Shown here piece after piece: positions 57,569 through 64,000 of a stretch of 64,000 bases of DNA; position 1 is the stretch's first letter, and each line of letters begins with the position of its first letter. The stretch covers positions 205,047 through 269,046 of the forward strand of contig CAZDCG010000002.1 in the NCBI GenBank assembly GCA_964503955.1, in the 5' to 3' direction. Origin of the DNA: an uncultured Gammaproteobacteria bacterium. Lineage in GTDB: Bacteria; Patescibacteriota; Patescibacteriia; VMEV01; CAYQCH01. The notes beneath the pieces are model-generated. The model was not told the DNA's origin and ran no database searches. It saw nothing but the letters and a program-made list of their open reading frames with translations. Made by a program: the position numbers and the translations under genes.

Positions 57569-58219
57569 ATGCAAAAAAAAGAGCAATATAGGCCCACGAG
57601 AGAAAGGTGGGTATCTGCACTCATGAAGCTCTTTTTGGCAAGCTTTGCTGGTTTAGCTCTGCTTGCGGGATCAGGGTGCGCGTCTTCCTCCTTGAGAGAA
57701 CCGCCTGCGCAGGCGGCCAAGACGCATACCGGCTTGAACCGACCGCTTCAGCCGCCGCCTCTTGCGGGGGATCTGGGCGAAGCCGGCGAGGATTACCGAA
57801 AACAGGTCAGGCACCGCATGTCGCAGCGGACAACCGAGATCCGTCAGCTGCAGATAAAAGCGGAACTGGCTCAGTCCCGTATTCACAGGGCTGTTCTGTC
57901 TGGAGCTGTGGAAGGCGTGGAAGAGGACCTCGTCCAGTTTATCCGACTGCGCGACGAAATCCTTCTGCTGCGAAGAGCCGCTGAGCAGGAATTCCTCCTG
58001 CTTTCGGCATTTCTCAGCGACGCGTCTGTTCTCCTGAGCAGGCAGAAGGAACAAGGCCCGATCGCTCTTGCGTATCGGGATCTCTCGCGGGAATACCGTG
58101 CAGAGGCGCTGCAAACACGCCAGCTTGTTGAAAGCGCCGAGCGGCAGCGAGAAGAAGCTGTCGACTTGCAGGACCGCGTGCTCAATGCGGCCCGGCAAGA
58201 AAGGAGCCCTACGGATTAA
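57569..58219 (+). CDS. Putative helical lipoprotein (start may be 57623)
   Basis: MKLFLASFAGLALLAGSGC lipobox, coiled-coil body. Confidence 0.6.
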   Translation: MQKKEQYRPTRERWVSALMKLFLASFAGLALLAGSGCASSSLREPPAQAAKTHTGLNRPLQPPPLAGDLGEAGEDYRKQVRHRMSQRTTEIRQLQIKAELAQSRIHRAVLSGAVEGVEEDLVQFIRLRDEILLLRRAAEQEFLLLSAFLSDASVLLSRQKEQGPIALAYRDLSREYRAEALQTRQLVESAERQREEAVDLQDRVLNAARQERSPTD

Positions 58220-58269
58220 TTCCCGCAGGGCTCCTTCGCTTATCAGGCAAGGTGTCTTATACTGTCTGT

Positions 58270-59475
58270 ATGAATCCGCAACAAACTCATATTCTTGGCG
58301 TGAAAGTCGATTTACTGCAGTCCTCTGAAGTTCAGGGGACGATTGCTTCGTGGCTGAAACAGAAAAGCTTTCATCATCTTATTACCTTGAATCCTGAGAT
58401 CGCCTTGCTTGCCGAGGAAAATCCGGACTATCGAAAAATCCTGAACCGGGCAGATCTGACCACCGTTGACGGCGTGGGGCTGCAGGTTGGCGCTCTTCTC
58501 CTTGGGACAAATGTTCCTGAGAGATGCACGGGAAGGCAGGTGATCGACTTTATTTGCAAGGAAGCAGTGCGCCTGAACAAAAGTCTTTTTTTGCTTGGCG
58601 GGAGAGGGGAGACATCGGCAAAAGCATCCAGACGCTTGGAGGAACTTTATCCCGGATTACGCATAGCCGGCGCGCAGGAGGGAGTAAAATCGGAAGAGTT
58701 TAGCTACCGCCAGCCTGAGCTCATTGAACGCATTAATGCTTCTAAGGCCGAAATTCTGCTGGTTGCCTTCGGGGCGCCAAAGCAGGAGATATGGATTGCG
58801 GAGAATGCCAAAGACTTGAAGCATATTCAAATTGCCGTTGGCGTGGGCGGACTATTCGATTATTTGGCCGGCAATGTCGCAAATCCGCCGAAATTCGTTC
58901 AGACTATCGGGTTGGAGTGGCTCTTCCGCTTGATCACGCAGCCGTATCGTTTCAAGCGGATTTTCCGAGCCGTGGTTGTTTTTCCGTGCCGGGCGTTCAT
59001 CTGGAGGATCCGCATGCTGCTGCATTACAGGGAAAATGTACTGGGCGTGATTCAAAACCAGCGCGGACAGCTGCTGCTTGTAAGCCCTGCCTGGAGTGAT
59101 GTGGAAAAATGGCAATTTCCACAAGGAGGCATAGACGGCGGAGAAAGCAGGGAAGCGGCAATCCTGAGAGAAATGGCAGAAGAGCTTGGCACATCAAAAT
59201 TCCGCATAAGGCAGATGAAAAAAGATGCTTACGCGTATAAATGGCCCCGCTGGTACCGGGTATTGCGCGGGTATAAAGGGCAAAGACAGAGTATTTTTCT
59301 GCTCGATTTTCTTGGTTCAGATGAGGAAATAGATTTAGAAAAAGAGAACGAACTTTCCGCCTGGAAATGGTGCGATCCGGGCCAGCTCCTTTCAGAACTT
59401 TCACCCCCAAGAAGAGCGATCGGCCAGATCGCCCTGAATGCCTTTGGTCTGATTGACGAAAGACCTGAAAAATGA
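58270..59475 (+). CDS. WecB/TagA/CpsF glycosyltransferase fused to an RppH-like Nudix hydrolase
   Basis: TLNPE, DGVG, GAPKQE, GVGGLFD, GLEWLFRL; then WQFPQGG and Nudix box GGIDGGESREAAILREMAEELG. Confidence 0.88.
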   Translation: MNPQQTHILGVKVDLLQSSEVQGTIASWLKQKSFHHLITLNPEIALLAEENPDYRKILNRADLTTVDGVGLQVGALLLGTNVPERCTGRQVIDFICKEAVRLNKSLFLLGGRGETSAKASRRLEELYPGLRIAGAQEGVKSEEFSYRQPELIERINASKAEILLVAFGAPKQEIWIAENAKDLKHIQIAVGVGGLFDYLAGNVANPPKFVQTIGLEWLFRLITQPYRFKRIFRAVVVFPCRAFIWRIRMLLHYRENVLGVIQNQRGQLLLVSPAWSDVEKWQFPQGGIDGGESREAAILREMAEELGTSKFRIRQMKKDAYAYKWPRWYRVLRGYKGQRQSIFLLDFLGSDEEIDLEKENELSAWKWCDPGQLLSELSPPRRAIGQIALNAFGLIDERPEK

Positions 59476-59490
59476 CAATATTTCTTCACT

Positions 59491-61005
59491 ATGGATATTC
59501 GAACTAGGTATGCGCCAAGCCCGACGGGATTTCTGCATATCGGCGGTGTACGAACCGCTCTTTTTTGTTATGCCTGGGCAAAGAAAAACGGAGGAACATT
59601 TCTTTTGCGCATTGAAGATACCGATCAGGAGCGTTTTGTCTCCGGCGCTGTCCAGCAAATTATCGATTCATTGACCTGGGTGGGGCTGCTCCCTGATGAA
59701 GGCGTTGTTGCATCAAATAACGACCAGATCGAAGAAAAAGGTCCTCGCGGACCATACGTGCAATCCCAAAGAATAGATCTGTACAATAAATTTGCTCAAC
59801 AGCTTATCAGCGAGAAAAAAGCTTATAAATGCTGGTGTTCTTCTGAACGCTTAGACGCGATGCGGGCCGCGCAGCGCGCCGCCAAACAGATGCCAAAATA
59901 TGACCGTCATTGTTACCACCTGGACGATGCACGGCGCCAGGAACTTGAGCAGTCGGAAGAACCATATGTCATCCGTTTTTTTGTGCCGGAAAAAACAAAT
60001 GTTGCATGGAATGACATTGTTTTTGGGGAAATGAAATTCGAGCAGGATCAGCTTGATGATTTCGTGATTTTAAAGAGCGACCGATTTCCAACCTATAACT
60101 TCGCCAATGTTATCGATGATCATTCCATGGAGATTTCGCATGTTATCCGCGCGCAGGAATTCCTCTCAAGCACGCCAAAGCATCTCCTGCTCTACGAGGC
60201 ATTCGGGTGGAATCCTCCTGTTATTGTCCATGTTCCATGGGTTTTAGGGACGAATAAGCAGAAACTCAGCAAACGCCATGGAGATGTTGCCGTTGATGAG
60301 TACCGCAAAAAGGGAATTTTGCCGCAAGCCTTGATCAATTATCTGGCTTTGCTTGGCTGGAACCCAAAAGACGGTTCGGAAATCATGTCTCTGAGCGAAA
60401 TTGTCGAAAAATTCGACCTTCAGGATATCCAAAAGTCAGGTGCGGTTTTTGACTATGAGAAGCTGCTTTGGATGAATGCGACCTATATCCGCCAGATGAG
60501 CGGGGAAGAGCTGCTTGAAGCCGCATTGCCGTTTTTAGGCGATTATGTCCGCCGTGAGAGCGATGAAACCTTTCAAAACCTGCTTTCGGGAAAGACTTTG
60601 TCAAGAAATCAGTTGATCAGTATGCTGGCACTTGAGCAGGAACGGATTAAGGCTCTTCATGAAATCGGAGAAAAAATGGCTTTTCTGCTTAAATCAAAAC
60701 TGGAATATGAACCGGCAGTGCTTGTCTGGAAAAAGGGGACAGTGTCTGACGTGCAGATGATTCTCCCTCTTGTGAAAGCCGAACTTGAACATCTCAGCGA
60801 CTGGTCCGCAGTTTCGATCCGCGAAGCACTGCAGCGAGTTGTTCAGTCCTCCGCAAAAGGAGTCGGTGATATCTTCTGGCCGGCACGCGTTGCTTTAAGC
60901 GGACAGCAATCAAGCCCAAGCCCTGAAGAAATCGCGGAGATTATAGGCAAAGAGGAATCCATTGCCCGCATAAACGCAGCGATCGACATGGCTGCCTCGC
61001 TTTGA
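59491..61005 (+). CDS. gltX: Glutamate--tRNA ligase
   Basis: RYAPSPTGFLHIGG, LRIEDTD, KLSKR. Confidence 0.97.
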   Translation: MDIRTRYAPSPTGFLHIGGVRTALFCYAWAKKNGGTFLLRIEDTDQERFVSGAVQQIIDSLTWVGLLPDEGVVASNNDQIEEKGPRGPYVQSQRIDLYNKFAQQLISEKKAYKCWCSSERLDAMRAAQRAAKQMPKYDRHCYHLDDARRQELEQSEEPYVIRFFVPEKTNVAWNDIVFGEMKFEQDQLDDFVILKSDRFPTYNFANVIDDHSMEISHVIRAQEFLSSTPKHLLLYEAFGWNPPVIVHVPWVLGTNKQKLSKRHGDVAVDEYRKKGILPQALINYLALLGWNPKDGSEIMSLSEIVEKFDLQDIQKSGAVFDYEKLLWMNATYIRQMSGEELLEAALPFLGDYVRRESDETFQNLLSGKTLSRNQLISMLALEQERIKALHEIGEKMAFLLKSKLEYEPAVLVWKKGTVSDVQMILPLVKAELEHLSDWSAVSIREALQRVVQSSAKGVGDIFWPARVALSGQQSSPSPEEIAEIIGKEESIARINAAIDMAASL

Positions 61006-61058
61006 ATTTTGAGAGGGCGGATATCTGTGGCATAATAAAAGCGCTCAATGCGCTTTTT

Positions 61059-62333
61059 ATGTTACAACGAGTTCTCAAATCCATCTGGTTCATCAGTCTG
61101 GTCGCGGTCACCGCGGCCTTAATACATCCGTCCTTGCCTTTGGCTTGGGCGCAGACGATCGATTTCCGCACATCCGAGGAGATCAAAACGCTCAATCTCG
61201 AGATTTCAAAAAAATCCGACCTAATCGAGGAACTGGGGGAAAGAGCGCAGGAATTAGCCAAGCTGATTGCGGAAAATCAGGAGCAAGCAACGACTTTGGA
61301 ACATGAGCTTGCGCTGATCAACAATCGAATTGCCAAACTTGAGCTGGATATTGAAAGGCGCAGGGAAGAGGTGTCGGCAACCGAGCTTGAGATTAAAGAA
61401 ACGAATCTCCAGCTGGAAGAGAAAGAACGATCAATTGATTTTCAAAAAGTACAGCTTTCAAGCCTGATCCGCGAGCTGCATAGACAAGACAAACGAGGAA
61501 ATCTGGAGATTTTGTTTGTGCATGACAGCTTGTCTAGCTTTTTCAGCTATGTGCGCCACCTCGAAGACGTGCAAGCCAATGTGCAGGTTTCACTCGCAGG
61601 TTTGAAAGACGGCAAGCGCCATCTCGAAGTCTTTGAGCGGGAATTGGAACTTGAAAAGGCAAATCTCCAGCAATTGCTTCTTGAGCTGCAGGTTGAGCAG
61701 GAGAAACTCGAACAGGAAAAAGCCGGGCAGGAAGCGTTGATCGAAGAAACGGAACTCTCCGAGGCGGAATTTCAGAAACGGCTAGGCGAGATCCGCTTCC
61801 AGCAGCGCGTGGCCGATGAAGAAATCCGCAATCTGGAGGTGGAAATCAAGGAGAAATTGCGCCAGGCCCAGCTGAAGAATCCGAATCTTGTTCTAAACCC
61901 CGGCCAGCTCCTTTGGCCCATTCCAAATCAGGGAATTACAACGTATTTCCATGATCCTGGCTATCCGTTCCGCCATATCGTCGGCGAACATTCAGGGCTT
62001 GACCTTCGCACCCTGATCAACGGAACTCCTCGCATGGGAATGCCTTTGCGCGCGCCGGCCTCAGGAATCGTGGTAAAAACGATCGCGAATGGAAAATTTA
62101 CCGGCAATGCCATTTTCCTCTCCCATGGAGATCTGATGACGGTGTTTTACCACCTCAGCGAAATCTACGTGCAACCCGATCAATTCGTGAATATCGGTGA
62201 TACGATCGGCGCGACAGGCGGAGCCCCGGGGCATCCCGGCGCAGGGCTTTCAAGCGGCCCTCATTTGCACTTTGAAGTGCGCCAGAACGGCATTCCCGTA
62301 GATCCTTGCGCGTATCTTTCGCCAAGCTGCTAA
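61059..62333 (+). CDS. Coiled-coil M23 peptidase (EnvC-like architecture)
   Basis: Signal peptide, long coiled coil, HSGLD, YHL, GPHLHFEVR. Confidence 0.88.
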   Translation: MLQRVLKSIWFISLVAVTAALIHPSLPLAWAQTIDFRTSEEIKTLNLEISKKSDLIEELGERAQELAKLIAENQEQATTLEHELALINNRIAKLELDIERRREEVSATELEIKETNLQLEEKERSIDFQKVQLSSLIRELHRQDKRGNLEILFVHDSLSSFFSYVRHLEDVQANVQVSLAGLKDGKRHLEVFERELELEKANLQQLLLELQVEQEKLEQEKAGQEALIEETELSEAEFQKRLGEIRFQQRVADEEIRNLEVEIKEKLRQAQLKNPNLVLNPGQLLWPIPNQGITTYFHDPGYPFRHIVGEHSGLDLRTLINGTPRMGMPLRAPASGIVVKTIANGKFTGNAIFLSHGDLMTVFYHLSEIYVQPDQFVNIGDTIGATGGAPGHPGAGLSSGPHLHFEVRQNGIPVDPCAYLSPSC

Positions 62334-62335
62334 GT

Positions 62336-63211
62336 ATGTCTAAAAAAGAAAATAAACAATTTTTCGACGGCTTTCTGCTTGGAGCCATTCTTGGCGGTCT
62401 CATTCTCTCAACGCTTATCGCGGCAGCTCTCTTTGCGGATGGGGAAGAGGCGGGAGAAACAATGCCGCCGATCTCACTGCAATCAACGCTTCAAAACCAG
62501 CTCGAGCAAACGGGCCAAGCATATGATCTGGCCTTGATTTCGCGGGATAAGGGAAGATCCGTGACCATCGGCGAACCCCGGCAAACGTATGAAATCCGCT
62601 CCTCGTTTACAAATCATGACGGATCAGTCATTTTCAGGCTTCTATCCGATAATGCGCCTGCTTCTGCAAACCAATCAGATTGTTATCCTTCGCAAACGAA
62701 TCTCTTCGCGACCGTATGGGCAGAAAATGGAGAACAGTTGTCCGAAATCTATCAACTCGGGCCTTCCGATTCAGTCACGAGCTGGCAAACCTGCGTAAAT
62801 ATCCATGGTTTTGCAGATAACAGCTTGTATTTCACAATACTAAGCTTTGGCGGCATTGAGCAATATCAGCAGTTGATGATTATCGACGAAAAAGGGGAAC
62901 TGCATGAAGGACCTTCGTATGGTATTTCTTTCGCCTCTGATACGGTGCAGTACCCCATCCTGCACATTTGGAGCTATCAGGACAATTCACTGGTCCAAAT
63001 TCAACGCTCAGAGGCTGAATACAGCGATCTTAAAGGGCTTGGCGCATCAAGGCAGCAAATTAATCTTGAAAGTGTATTAGAAGCGAATGCAAAGCTAAAA
63101 ACCAGCGAGGCTGTCCAGGTCAATCTGCACGCAAAGCATAATAGAACAGCATATGAACAGGGAATTGAAATCCAAACAGCAGACGGGCAAAACATCATTC
63201 TTTCGTGGTGA
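62336..63211 (+). CDS. Membrane-anchored hypothetical protein
   Basis: N-terminal TM GFLLGAILGGLIL. Confidence 0.6.
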   Translation: MSKKENKQFFDGFLLGAILGGLILSTLIAAALFADGEEAGETMPPISLQSTLQNQLEQTGQAYDLALISRDKGRSVTIGEPRQTYEIRSSFTNHDGSVIFRLLSDNAPASANQSDCYPSQTNLFATVWAENGEQLSEIYQLGPSDSVTSWQTCVNIHGFADNSLYFTILSFGGIEQYQQLMIIDEKGELHEGPSYGISFASDTVQYPILHIWSYQDNSLVQIQRSEAEYSDLKGLGASRQQINLESVLEANAKLKTSEAVQVNLHAKHNRTAYEQGIEIQTADGQNIILSW

Positions 63212-63599
63212 TTCTCATGATCAAAGAGTAGACGAGCTTTTTAAACGAGCTAAATCGTTGCTAAAACTCAAAAAAGCTTCCTGGCGGCCGATGACCGGCA
63301 GAAAAGCTCCCGTAAATACGGCAAAGGATTATTCACTGGGGTATACCGATCTTGAAACCCATGTTATTACAATCGACATTTACACGCCCAAGCACCGGCG
63401 TCCAAAAAGCCTGAATGGAATTTTGCGCGTCCTGGCTCATGAATTTGCCCATTTGCAAAAACCGCCGTTCAGACAGCGCCATAGGGGACGATGGATTACG
63501 AGAATGCATTATCCGGAGTTCTATCATCAGGTAAATAAAAACATCGAGGTCTTTAAGAAAGACAGGCAACTTGGTTCGCTCTTTAAAAAATCAGATTAG
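63153..63599 (+). CDS. Small zincin (WLM/SprT-like) metalloprotease; start uncertain
   Basis: VLAHEFAH plus downstream H..EFY. Confidence 0.65.
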   Translation: MNRELKSKQQTGKTSFFRGDSHDQRVDELFKRAKSLLKLKKASWRPMTGRKAPVNTAKDYSLGYTDLETHVITIDIYTPKHRRPKSLNGILRVLAHEFAHLQKPPFRQRHRGRWITRMHYPEFYHQVNKNIEVFKKDRQLGSLFKKSD

Positions 63600-63749
63600 C
63601 CGAGAAATTGAGTTGTCTATACTCCCCAAGCTTAAGAGAGGAGGAGGGAAGGGATGAACAGTGTCCCTGATCTAAAATAATATAGCGTCGCACAATATAT
63701 CTTATGCGACGCCATAGAACATGCCAAATAGATCCAGGGGTACAAGTAC

Positions 63750-63929
63750 TCACCACTTCTTGGCAAAAAAGGCCCCTAAAATGCCTAACGGTATCCAGAT
63801 TGAGACAAAGATGGCGGAGTTGAGATAGTCCAAGGCAAAAATACCTGAAATGAACCAGATGGTCATCGCCGCCGCGATGAGTCGTTTCAGGACTGATGCA
63901 TGATCTACAATAAACTTATTGATATCCAT
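63750..63929 (-). CDS. Small two-TM membrane protein
   Basis: Manual translation MDINKFIVDHASVLKRLIAAAMTIWFISGIFALDYLNSAIFVSIWIPLGILGAFFAKKW (59 aa). Confidence 0.5.
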   Translation of the reverse strand: MDINKFIVDHASVLKRLIAAAMTIWFISGIFALDYLNSAIFVSIWIPLGILGAFFAKKW

Positions 63930-64000
63930 AGATGTATTTATCTGTAGTATACCCGATTAGGAAAACGCAGATCAATGTACTCCCTCACCTCTTCTTTGAT

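Noticed and set aside
56743-57720. Long antisense ORFs (also 7464-8303, 11891-12316, 13602-14171, 51195-51881)
   Set aside because: They are shadows of better-supported genes on the opposite strand and have no motifs or start signals.

Overview
Bacterial chromosomal segment, standard genetic code. It is most likely from a Patescibacteria (CPR, Parcubacteria/ABY1-like) genome; this is inferred from the archaeal-type UMP kinase, short TsaB, helicase-degenerate PriA, CPR-style secreted proteins and housekeeping genes without Shine-Dalgarno sites. The core content is pyrH(3'), rplJ-rplL with an L10 leader, a partial dcw cluster, a CIRCE-controlled hrcA-translin-grpE-hsp20-dnaK-dnaJ operon, Ku-LigD NHEJ, four tRNAs, rpmG, fmt/def/priA, clpB and gltX. 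The main accessory feature is a ~10.6 kb AT-richer element at the 3' end of tRNA-Glu(CTC) (14533-25145). Its backbone is a large serine recombinase, a TerS-like HTH, a frameshifted ParB-methylase and a LexA/CI-like repressor. It carries two defence cargos: (i) controller protein + m4C-type methyltransferase + HerA ATPase + Zn-ribbon NurA nuclease, the best candidate for an uncharacterised restriction-modification-like system, and (ii) a LexA-DUF2188-CdnE-Cap15 CBASS operon. Other notable signals are a translin/TRAX RNase with intact catalytic residues coupled to hrcA, a long G.U-rich helix enclosing tRNA-Thr, several short-period tandem-repeat hairpins, and a WecB-Nudix fusion. All protein calls are from motif recognition by eye; no database searches were run.
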